A stretch of DNA of 64,000 nt, from positions 387-64,386 of the forward strand of contig DASXYU010000085.1 in NCBI GenBank assembly GCA_036502295.1, given 5' to 3'. The position numbers and the translations under genes were made by a program. Of the stretch, positions 10,357 through 18,881 are shown piece after piece (position 1 is the stretch's first letter; each line of letters opens with the position of its first letter). This DNA is from Jatrophihabitans sp. GTDB taxonomy: Bacteria > Actinomycetota > Actinomycetes > Mycobacteriales > Jatrophihabitantaceae. Below the pieces are notes generated by a model. The model was not told the DNA's origin. It did no database searches and saw only the letters and a program-made list of their open reading frames with translations.

Positions 10357-11571
10357 TCAGCCGGTCCAGTTCGCAGTGAACGTGGCCTTGTAGTCGACCG
10401 ATGGCGCCCAGGGCTGATCAATCGAAGTAGGCATGCCGTGGTCGGCGTCGACGATCTGGAAACTGGCTCCCTGGTTCGGGATGGTCATTTGACCGGCTAG
10501 GACGCGGTTCATTGCGTCCGCTCCCTCCCACCCGAGCCAGTTGGCGGGGACACCGACTGCGGCGGTGACGACCTTCTTCTGGATCAGCGCGAGGGTTGAG
10601 GGGTAGCCCTCCCCGGCTACGACGACGAGGTCCGTGCGGTGGCTGGAAGTGATGACCTGCGAGATCTCGGCCATCGTTGTGTCGTCAGGAGCATCCACGA
10701 CATTCGCCTCAGGGTGCTGCTGCAGCGCCGTCGCGACCTTCTGCGCCGTCGTCGCCGGGGCACCGAGGTCCTGGCCGGTGATATCGACCGTCTCGACGAT
10801 CTGACTACCGCTGCTCTTGGCGATCTCGTCCTTGTAGGCGGCATCCTCGTACTGGGTAACGACGAAGTCGGAGTGCGTGATCAGCAGGACCTTGGCCTTG
10901 CCGCCCGTTGCGGTGATCGCGTAATCCGCCTTCAACGTGCCCCACTTGGCGCCGAACTCGGCAGGCGTACCGCTGGAGTTGATGGTCGCCGAGTACAGCG
11001 ATTCGCCGCCACCCGCCTTGGGGTCATTGCAGTCGTACGCCCATACGGCCACAGTGGGGATATTCGCCTTCTTGGCTGCCTGGAGCCCTGCCTTCGCCGG
11101 TGGGCAGTCGATCGCGACGGTGATGATGCCGTCGGCGTGCGCCGCGACTGCCTGGTTGATGGCTGCCGTATATCCGGCAGGGCTGGCCTTGCCGTCGGCG
11201 ATCGTGACCTTCCAGCCCAGCACCTTGGCGGCCTCCTGGATCGCTGCGGCGGGCTGCGAGCAACCGAACAGCGCGGAGGAGCAGGGAACCACCCAGATGT
11301 TCTTGTTCTTCTGGGCCGTGGGTCCGCCCTTCGTGGGTTCGCTATAGAGGCCCTTATAGGCCGCATCGATCGCCGCTTGCGCGGTCGGGGTGTAGTCGCC
11401 GGCGGCCGAGGCGGTCGTGGACTGACTGGTGGCGACGGCAGGGCTCGTAGGCGGAATCGATCCAGAGGAGCCGGACCCAGACGACGAACACCCAGCCGCC
11501 ACAAGGGCGACAGCTGCCGTGACGACGAGCATGCCGAGTTTCGAATGCTTCATTGCTTTCGAATGGAACAT
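10357..11571 (-). CDS. ABC transporter substrate-binding lipoprotein (periplasmic-binding-protein type I)
   Basis: AAGGAG RBS 4 nt upstream of ATG 11571. Signal peptide with lipobox LVAAGC, then a Ser/Thr/Ala linker and a sugar-binding-like domain. Confidence 0.85.
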   Translation of the reverse strand: MFHSKAMKHSKLGMLVVTAAVALVAAGCSSSGSGSSGSIPPTSPAVATSQSTTASAAGDYTPTAQAAIDAAYKGLYSEPTKGGPTAQKNKNIWVVPCSSALFGCSQPAAAIQEAAKVLGWKVTIADGKASPAGYTAAINQAVAAHADGIITVAIDCPPAKAGLQAAKKANIPTVAVWAYDCNDPKAGGGESLYSATINSSGTPAEFGAKWGTLKADYAITATGGKAKVLLITHSDFVVTQYEDAAYKDEIAKSSGSQIVETVDITGQDLGAPATTAQKVATALQQHPEANVVDAPDDTTMAEISQVITSSHRTDLVVVAGEGYPSTLALIQKKVVTAAVGVPANWLGWEGADAMNRVLAGQMTIPNQGASFQIVDADHGMPTSIDQPWAPSVDYKATFTANWTG

Positions 11572-11643
11572 TGTTCTCCTTGTAGGACGGATTTCGCTTG
11601 CGCGCAGCCGGGGAACGGCCTCGGCTGGACGGGGAGTCATGCC

Positions 11644-11790
11644 TTACTGCGCCGCCCAACCTCCATCGACGGCGGTGACTTGGCCGGTGATGAACGCAGA
11701 CGTGGGACGCGCGAAGCCAGCGGCAGCCGTGGATCTGTCGAGGCCGGAATTAGCTCCGGTCACGATGGCGGTCTTTCCGCGTAGCGTCAT
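11644..11790 (-). pseudogene. SDR remnant: 48-aa in-frame fusion of an SDR N-terminus to an SDR C-terminus
   Basis: Translates MTLRGKTAIVTGANSGLDRSTAAAGFARPTSAFITGQVTAVDGGWAAQ*. It keeps the Rossmann start (TGxxxG) and the C-terminal ITGQxxxVDGG motif and lacks the ~200 aa in between. Absent from the ORF track because it is under 60 aa. Confidence 0.75.
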
Positions 11791-12022
11791 GTCGGCGTCC
11801 CTGGAGTCCGCGTAAGCTCGAAACTGTGCTCCGGCTCACAACTTGGCAAAGCGTGGGCGAACGTTAGCGGCGGGTCCTCACGAGCGCAGCTAAGTCACCG
11901 CTCGCCCTTTGGACTCGGCTCCAAAAAATGGCTTCCGAGCACCGTTGTCAGCGACTTATTGCCATGGGAGGCATGCACATCTAGCGTTTCGGCCGATCTA
12001 GTGACGGGAGTTTCATCTACAC

Positions 12023-14014
12023 ATGAACGGCGTTCGCCATGCCGGGTCAGTAGCCGGACAGGAGCCGGGGGCAATGGACGTGCCCCCGCCTGAGCGCGCT
12101 GGCGACGGGGATAACGAGCACAAGGAACTTGCTGCGTTCCGGACGCTGGCGGGCGCGCTCGCCGAGGAGCGCGATCTCGACACGATATTTCACCTTGTCG
12201 TCGATACCCTCAGTGAGCTGACCGGCGCCGAGCGGTGCAGCCTGCACCTACGCGACCGGGAGACAGGGTTGTTGCACGGCAAGGCTGCGCACGCTGCCCG
12301 AGACATCGACCTACCGGTGAGACAGCTGGTCAGCGGAATGCCTGGCGACAACTTCACGCGCGAGATCCTCGACACCGGTCGCCCGGTGATGCTGACAAAC
12401 ACCTTGGTGGATCCCCGGCCGGTGCATGCCGCGATGCGGCGGTGGCAGGCGCGCTCTGTGCTCGGCGTTCCCATGCGACTCCGCGGAGAAGTCATCGGCA
12501 TCCTGTGTCTGGACACTGAAGACACGACGACGGAATTCTCCCAGTCGGATCAGGAACTTGCGCTTTCGTTCGCCGAACTCGCGGCCACGGCAATTAATCA
12601 GGTTCAGCTGACGTCCCAGCTCAGAGACAGCCTGCACGCGCAGGCCAGGCAGCTGGAGATGCTCCAACGCGCTCGTCGCATGGAAGGGCAGCTTGCGGAT
12701 ATAGCGCTCAGCGGCTGGGGCGTACGTGAGCTGGGCGAGACTGTCGCTCAGCTGCTGTCGAAGCCGTGCGCCATCTACGACGTGGATTTCCGTTGCTTGT
12801 CCTGCGCCGGTGCAGCGGACGGGCTGCGCGCGAAACTCCGCTCCTTTGGCGACTTGCGGCATCATCCCGCAGTCGAGGCAACGCTGGAGCCGTTCTTGGA
12901 AGGCCTTGAGCCGGGACGTCCGCAGTGCGCCCCGCCGCTGCCGCCGGTCGGGATCAACCACAGGTTGTTGATGACGTCGATCGAGCTCAGTGGGCAACGA
13001 CAGGGCTACCTCGTGGTTGTCGAGGCTTCCGGACGGTTTGGCCAGCTCGACGAGGTCATCGTGCGGCGAGCCGCGCACAACATCGCCCTGGAGCGTTCAC
13101 GCAACAGACTTGACCAGGACATGGAGTGGCATGCAATCGAAGCCTTGGTCGGAAGCCTGATCCGCGGGGAGCAAAAACTCGAGGAGCGCGCTCGCTCGCT
13201 CGGCGTCGACCTCGCCGCGCGACGGGTGGTCTGTCTTGTCGCAGCGCGAGACGCCAATTCTCCGAGTCGCGTAGCACCGCGACAGGTGGCCCAGATCCTG
13301 ACCGATCGGGAATCGCCATCAAGTGCACTGGCAGCTTGGTCCGGCAACGACATCGCCGTCATCCTTGAAGTACCAGTGGACTGCGATCGCCGTGAAGCGA
13401 TCGCCTGGGTGCGATCCCGGTTGCGCACGATGCTCGCTGAGCTCAGCCCAGAAGGCCAACTCTGCGCGGCCATCTCCACTGTCGTGGAGGCGCCCGGCGA
13501 CGATCATCGCGCCCATCGCGAGGCTCAACAGGTCTTGAAATGCATCAGGGAGCATCTGTCAGACGCGGCGCCGGGACTGCTTGCGGCAGATGATCTCGGT
13601 GCGGCACGGCTCATGTTGGCTTCCACCTCGCGTGACGAGGCCGCCCAGCTCGTTTTGGACACCTTCGGCTCCCTGCTTCGAGACCACACGGTCAAGTCCG
13701 CGGAACTTCTGTCGACGCTCGAGCCGTTCTTGCGGTTGGCCAGAAGCGTGCGTGACTGCGCCGACGAACTCGGCGTACATCCGAATACGGTGCGTTACCG
13801 ACTGAGCAACATCGAACGCATTACCGGTCTGCACGTCACGACTGACGACGACGACTATCTGACCGCGCAAATGGCAATGACGATCGTTCGGCTCCGGGGT
13901 GGCTCAGCGGTCGTGCCGGGGATTGGCTACCCCACCGAGGTGTCACCGACAAGTGGCGGTGCCGCGATACCGAGTTCGGCCAGCACGTCTGCCGTGTCGT
14001 TTCCTACGAAGTGA
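12023..14014 (+). CDS. GAF-domain / PucR-family transcriptional regulator
   Basis: N-terminal GAF-like region (ERCSLHLRD...VLGVPM) and C-terminal PucR-type HTH ELGVHPNTVRYRLSNIERITGL. Alternative start at ATG 12074. Confidence 0.85.
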   Translation: MNGVRHAGSVAGQEPGAMDVPPPERAGDGDNEHKELAAFRTLAGALAEERDLDTIFHLVVDTLSELTGAERCSLHLRDRETGLLHGKAAHAARDIDLPVRQLVSGMPGDNFTREILDTGRPVMLTNTLVDPRPVHAAMRRWQARSVLGVPMRLRGEVIGILCLDTEDTTTEFSQSDQELALSFAELAATAINQVQLTSQLRDSLHAQARQLEMLQRARRMEGQLADIALSGWGVRELGETVAQLLSKPCAIYDVDFRCLSCAGAADGLRAKLRSFGDLRHHPAVEATLEPFLEGLEPGRPQCAPPLPPVGINHRLLMTSIELSGQRQGYLVVVEASGRFGQLDEVIVRRAAHNIALERSRNRLDQDMEWHAIEALVGSLIRGEQKLEERARSLGVDLAARRVVCLVAARDANSPSRVAPRQVAQILTDRESPSSALAAWSGNDIAVILEVPVDCDRREAIAWVRSRLRTMLAELSPEGQLCAAISTVVEAPGDDHRAHREAQQVLKCIREHLSDAAPGLLAADDLGAARLMLASTSRDEAAQLVLDTFGSLLRDHTVKSAELLSTLEPFLRLARSVRDCADELGVHPNTVRYRLSNIERITGLHVTTDDDDYLTAQMAMTIVRLRGGSAVVPGIGYPTEVSPTSGGAAIPSSASTSAVSFPTK

Positions 14015-15048
14015 GACTCGGTGATGGGCTCGAGTTGTGATCTGCTGAAGCGTGGTGCTGGTGATGGGAGTACTAGGTCGCCCAGCCGCGTGAAGACTGC
14101 GCGAGCGAGATTGTGTGGATGGGACGGGGCTTCGGACATCGTCAGGACTGGCGATAGGCACACCCCGGCGTCCTCGGCCAAGGCACACCACTGCGCCTGA
14201 GTCCGTTGCCGGAACGTCGTTGCGAGCCGCTCGCGCCACCACGGCCAATGCGCGCGATTCCACCTATCGAGGGGCTCGTCCTGCAGCCCCAGAAGCCGCA
14301 CGAGAGCCTCCCAGAAGCGATTCTCCACGGCGCCGACGGCGACAAAACGACCGTCGGAGGTCTCATACACGTCGTAGAACGGGGCCCCGGAATCATTGAG
14401 ATTGCGGCCCCGCTCCTCGACCCATCTGCCCTCGTTGCGCATCTCATGGCTCATCGTGCTCAACAACGCCGCACCGTCCGCCATCGCGGCATCCACCACC
14501 TGACCCACTCCGGACGCGCGTGCTTCCAGCACGGCCGCGACGACGCCGAGTGCCAGGAACATCGCACCGCCGCCATCAGCCAACAGGTTCATGGGAGGAA
14601 AGGGCAGCGTTTCCGCACGCCCGAGGTGGGCGAGGACGCCTGAGACTGCGAGATAGTTGATGTTGTGCCCGGGTTGCGTGGCCAGCGGCCCACTCTGGCC
14701 CCAGCCGGTGAGTCGACCGTAGACAAGAGCTGGATTGCGCGGCGTGCAGTCCTCCGGTCCGAGACCGAGACGTTCCATGGAACCGGGTAGAAAGCCTTCG
14801 ATCACCGCGTCGACGCGCTCGGCAATCTCCAACGCGGTGGTGCGACCTTCGCCCGAGCCGAGGTCCAGCTCCACTCGGCGCCGTCGCCGTCCGAGGCCGA
14901 TCTCGGAGAGAGGTGTGATGTCGTCGGCGTCCCGAGGTCGATCGACCGAGATGATCTCCGCGCCGAGGTCGCCCAAGATCATCCCGCAGAAGCGGACTGG
15001 TCCGCGACCGCCCAGCTCAAGGACACGGACTCCACGCAACGGGCCCAC
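13927..15048 (-). CDS. Family III CoA-transferase, alpha-methylacyl-CoA racemase-like (second paralog)
   Basis: VGPLRGVRVLELGGRGPVRFCGMILGDLGAEIISVDRP. GTG 15048 has GGAGGA 8 nt upstream. The ORF-track start 15099 has its RBS-like GGGAGGAG directly abutting the codon, so it is less likely. Confidence 0.85.
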   Translation of the reverse strand: MGPLRGVRVLELGGRGPVRFCGMILGDLGAEIISVDRPRDADDITPLSEIGLGRRRRRVELDLGSGEGRTTALEIAERVDAVIEGFLPGSMERLGLGPEDCTPRNPALVYGRLTGWGQSGPLATQPGHNINYLAVSGVLAHLGRAETLPFPPMNLLADGGGAMFLALGVVAAVLEARASGVGQVVDAAMADGAALLSTMSHEMRNEGRWVEERGRNLNDSGAPFYDVYETSDGRFVAVGAVENRFWEALVRLLGLQDEPLDRWNRAHWPWWRERLATTFRQRTQAQWCALAEDAGVCLSPVLTMSEAPSHPHNLARAVFTRLGDLVLPSPAPRFSRSQLEPITESHFVGNDTADVLAELGIAAPPLVGDTSVG

Positions 15049-15242
15049 GGCACGATCCTCCAGACAACGCAGGTAAGACTTGCAAGCTAGCCTCACCACC
15101 TCCTCCCAGCTCGATCGCGCGGCGCGGAGTTTGTTCGCGCGGCCAACCGCGGTCGTTCTCGCGCCGTGCCGATCCAGCTATACCTAGCAAGGGGCTTCGC
15201 GTTCGTTGGCCACACCATCGAGGACAGCGCTGGAGGCGCCAC

Positions 15243-16403
15243 ATGACTGACACTTTCGCACTCGTTCAGGAGGACGAGGCTGAGTTGACCGCGTTCACCG
15301 AGCTGGTCCGGACATTCGTTGCCCGCGAAATCACGCCTCACCATGCTCAGTGGGAAGCCGACGGGATTGTCCCGCGGGAGCTGTGGCGCAAGGCCGGCGC
15401 CACCGGGCTATTGGGCCTCGGACTCCCGGCCGAGTACGGCGGAGGCGGCGCGAGCTATCGCTTCAATGCGGCTGTCGATGCCGAGCTCTACCGTTGCGGG
15501 GCCACCGGGCCAGGTTTCACGGTGCACAACGACGTCTGCGGGCCGTACTTCGCCGACCTGGCTACGCCCGAGCAGTTGCGGCGGTGGGTGCCGGGAATGA
15601 CATCCGGCGAGTTGATCGCGGCGATCGCGATGACCGAACCGGGCGCGGGAAGCGACCTGCGGGGTATCCGTACAAGCGCGTCGCGCATCGACGGCGGCTG
15701 GCTGCTGACAGGAGCCAAGACGTTCATTAGCAACGGCATCCACGCTGACCTAGTCATCGTCGTGGCGCGAACCGACGTCGAAGGCAAGGCCGGTCTGAGC
15801 TTGCTGGTTGCAGAACGCGGATCGGTTGGCTTCACGCGCGGCCGCAACCTCGACAAGGTCGGGCTTCACGCGCAGGACACCTCGGAGCTGACCTTCGACA
15901 ACGTCGAAGTCCCGGACGCGAACATCCTCGGCGAGCCGGGCAAAGGTCTGCACTACCTGATGGCGAACTTGGCGCAGGAGCGACTCACCATCGCTGTGCA
16001 GGCGGTCGCGGCGATGGAAGGCGTGTTGGAGGAGACGCTCGACTACGTCAAGAGCAGGACGGCCTTCGGCGCGCCGATCGGCCATTTCCAGCACAACGCG
16101 TTCCTGCTGGCTGAGCTGGCGACGTCGGTCAAGGCGGCGCGCGTCTTTGTCGACTGGGGTGTGGACCAGCACGTTGCCGGTCTGCTCGGTGCCGACACCG
16201 CCGCCATGATGAAGCTGCATGCCAGCGAAGCGCAGCAGCACATCGTGGATCGGTGCCTACAGCTGCATGGCGGTTACGGCTACACCACTGAATACCGGGT
16301 GGGCCGGGCGTGGGCCGACGCCCGCGTGCAGACGATCTATGGCGGCACGAGCGAGATGATGAAGCTCATCATCAGCCGAAGCCTGGGGTTGCACGGCGCA
16401 TGA
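15243..16403 (+). CDS. Acyl-CoA dehydrogenase
   Basis: ACAD three-domain pattern (AMTEPGAGSDL, ...QTIYGGTSEMMKLIISRSLGL). GGAGG RBS present. Confidence 0.92.
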   Translation: MTDTFALVQEDEAELTAFTELVRTFVAREITPHHAQWEADGIVPRELWRKAGATGLLGLGLPAEYGGGGASYRFNAAVDAELYRCGATGPGFTVHNDVCGPYFADLATPEQLRRWVPGMTSGELIAAIAMTEPGAGSDLRGIRTSASRIDGGWLLTGAKTFISNGIHADLVIVVARTDVEGKAGLSLLVAERGSVGFTRGRNLDKVGLHAQDTSELTFDNVEVPDANILGEPGKGLHYLMANLAQERLTIAVQAVAAMEGVLEETLDYVKSRTAFGAPIGHFQHNAFLLAELATSVKAARVFVDWGVDQHVAGLLGADTAAMMKLHASEAQQHIVDRCLQLHGGYGYTTEYRVGRAWADARVQTIYGGTSEMMKLIISRSLGLHGA

Positions 16404-16460
16404 CCAAGCACCGCCCCACCTGTGGGCTCACCCTCCAGGCGGGCAGCGCTTCGTCCCTCC

Positions 16461-18089
16461 TTACGCCGGCACCGGCGACTTGCTGAAGGTGAACCCCGGG
16501 AATCCGGAGTCAACCTCCTTGCCCACCTCGGCGCGATAGGCGGCCAGCCCACCGAGGTAGCACAGCGTGCTTGCCTTCTTGCCGGGGACGTTGGCTCCGA
16601 GGAACCAAGGCCGGTCTCCCATGCCCTGTGGCAGGAGGGTGGCCGCCAGGATCGCGTCGCACATGTCCGACCAGGTCTGGGCAGCCTCCTCAGTTGCTTC
16701 TACCCGCTCCGCGTCGTCCTCTAGTGCGCGCCCCAGCAGCTTGCCGATCAGCTCGACCTGCGTCTCGATCACCGGCGGGTGGCTCGCGAAGGGTGCCTGT
16801 GGACCGAGGATCGCGAAGAGGTTCGGGAAGCCCGGAGATGCCAGGCCGAACAGCGCCTTCGCGTCATGCGTCCATTGGTCGGCGATCGTGCGATCGCCGA
16901 CACCGTGGACGTTCATCTGCGCCAACGGACCGGTAATCGCATCGAAGCCGGTCGCATAGATGATCACGTCGAACTCGTACTTGGCCGTCCCCGTCCGTAG
17001 GCCGGTCGGGGTGACCTCCTGGATCGGGTCCTCACGGACGCTGACCAGTGTCACGTTCGGCCGGTTGTAGGTCTCGTAATAGAAGTTGCCGAGCGGAGGC
17101 CGCTTACCGCCGATCGGGTGCGTCGTCGGAGACAGTAATTCGGCGGTCGCAGGATCCTTGACAATCGCGCGGATCTTGCGGCGGACGAACTCTGACGCTG
17201 CATCGTTGACCCGCTGGTCGACGAGCATGTCGTCGAAGGTCTCAAAGATGTAGTGGAAGCCACCGGCCTCCCATCCGGCTTCAAGTACGCGTTCCAGCTC
17301 CGCGTCGTCGACCTCTGCACCGAGGCGATTCGCCGGCTCCATCGGAAAGGCAAAGACATGATTGAACGTCTTCTCCCAGACGTTCTCGAAGTCACGGCGG
17401 AGCGCTTGCTGCTGTTCTGGGCTCAGGGCGTGATTGCGCCCAGGCAGCGCGTAGTTCGGGGTGCGCTGGAAGACCGTCAAGTGCTCCGCGACCTGCCCTA
17501 CCGACTGAATTACTTGTATGCCGGTAGCGCCAGTGCCGATGACCGCCACGCGCTTGCCCGCGAAGTCGACCGGTTCCTTCGGCCACTGCGAAGTCACATA
17601 TGACTCGCCCTGGAATGTGTCGGCCCCCGGAAATGGTGGCTTGTATGCGATACCCAGCCAGCCGAGGCCGGTGATGAGCCACCGACTGGTTACTTGCAGC
17701 CCGTCTTCAGTGGTCACGGTCCAGCGGTTGGTTGCGTCGTCGAAATAGGCACCGTTGACCCGGGTGGAGAACCGGATGTCCTTGCGCATGTCGTGCTTGT
17801 CCGCCACGGCCTGCAGGTACTTCAGAACTTCGGGCTGGGCGGTGTAGCGCTCGCGGAAGTCCCATTGCTGCCATAGCTCGCGGTCGAACGAGAAGCAGTA
17901 CGCCCAGCTCTCGGTGTCGGTGCGGGCTCCCGGATACCGGTTCCAATACCAGGTGCCTCCGACGTCGGTGCCGGCCTCGAAGACCTGCAGGCTCAAGTCG
18001 AGCTGCCGCAGGAGATGAATGGTGCGGAGCCCTGCGAAGCCTGCGCCGACGACGACGACATCGACTTCCCGGAGTATTTGCGTAGGCAT
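16461..18089 (-). CDS. Baeyer-Villiger (type I flavin-containing) monooxygenase
   Basis: FAD motif VVVVGAGFAGL, BVMO long motif GGTWYWNRYPGARTD, NADP motif VAVIGTGATGIQ. AAAGGA RBS upstream of ATG 18089. Confidence 0.9.
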   Translation of the reverse strand: MPTQILREVDVVVVGAGFAGLRTIHLLRQLDLSLQVFEAGTDVGGTWYWNRYPGARTDTESWAYCFSFDRELWQQWDFRERYTAQPEVLKYLQAVADKHDMRKDIRFSTRVNGAYFDDATNRWTVTTEDGLQVTSRWLITGLGWLGIAYKPPFPGADTFQGESYVTSQWPKEPVDFAGKRVAVIGTGATGIQVIQSVGQVAEHLTVFQRTPNYALPGRNHALSPEQQQALRRDFENVWEKTFNHVFAFPMEPANRLGAEVDDAELERVLEAGWEAGGFHYIFETFDDMLVDQRVNDAASEFVRRKIRAIVKDPATAELLSPTTHPIGGKRPPLGNFYYETYNRPNVTLVSVREDPIQEVTPTGLRTGTAKYEFDVIIYATGFDAITGPLAQMNVHGVGDRTIADQWTHDAKALFGLASPGFPNLFAILGPQAPFASHPPVIETQVELIGKLLGRALEDDAERVEATEEAAQTWSDMCDAILAATLLPQGMGDRPWFLGANVPGKKASTLCYLGGLAAYRAEVGKEVDSGFPGFTFSKSPVPA

Positions 18090-18172
18090 ACGCGCATGTC
18101 CTTTCGTGTTATTGATGATCGCTAGGTAATGCCCGACTGAGGGCAGCCGCGGAATCTGCGGAGTGAGGGATG

Positions 18173-18733
18173 TCAGCCTGCGGGCTGGATGTCCAAGATC
18201 ACGTAGGCGAGAGTCGCCGGGACCTTCCCGTGGTTGCGCCAACCGTGCCGGGCGCCGTTCTGCACCACGCAGGTGCCCGGAGGCAGGTGGACCTCGGCTC
18301 CGTTGTCGAGCTCTACCCAGAGGTCGCCCTCGAGGACGATGACGTAGTCGATGGTCTTCGTCTGGTGCATGCCGGGGGCGTCAGGTTCGAATGCGCCGAG
18401 CAACCCAGGGACCTTCGCCTCGGCTTCGGCGACTAACGGCTCAAGGACCGCCGGATTCGGGGCGGGTTCGTCTGACTCATGGCCGTTGTCGGGCTCTGGC
18501 GGCAACCGAAACAAGCCGAAGCGCGTTCCGCCAGGCCCGGGAAAGAAGGTCGCGTTGTCAGGCTTCGGGTCGGTGACGGGGCTGCTCAGCGGCCCTTCGG
18601 TACCCCAGACCTGGAACATCTGGACGCCGGGCATGATGGCGAGCTCGACCGGGGGCAGCAGTTCGTCTTCGTAGGCGATGGAGGCGCCGGCGCCGTCGAC
18701 GCCGGTCACGACACGCTTGATGGAAATCGTCAT
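18173..18733 (-). CDS. Cupin-domain protein
   Basis: C-terminal cupin barrel (DYVIVLEGDLWVELDNGAEVHLPPGTCVVQNGARHGWRN). The start is uncertain because there is no clear RBS. The longer ORF to 18904 would overlap the divergent P450 start. Confidence 0.7.
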   Translation of the reverse strand: MTISIKRVVTGVDGAGASIAYEDELLPPVELAIMPGVQMFQVWGTEGPLSSPVTDPKPDNATFFPGPGGTRFGLFRLPPEPDNGHESDEPAPNPAVLEPLVAEAEAKVPGLLGAFEPDAPGMHQTKTIDYVIVLEGDLWVELDNGAEVHLPPGTCVVQNGARHGWRNHGKVPATLAYVILDIQPAG

Positions 18734-18881
18734 GGCGGGAACTGTGACATGGCTCGCACTCGAGCGGGAGTCGCGGCCGGGCAAGAGATTTGTGCGCGGC
18801 TCCAGATTGTGTGGCTCGAGGCCGTCGAGATGTGCACCGAGGACGTGCCATTGTCGCGGTTTCCGAGACTTGGAGAATTCG

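Noticed and set aside
16461-18242. BVMO start at 18242 overlapping the cupin gene.
   Set aside because: The 51 extra residues lack similarity to BVMO N-termini. ATG 18089 has an AAAGGA RBS and is followed within about 10 residues by the FAD GxGxxG motif.
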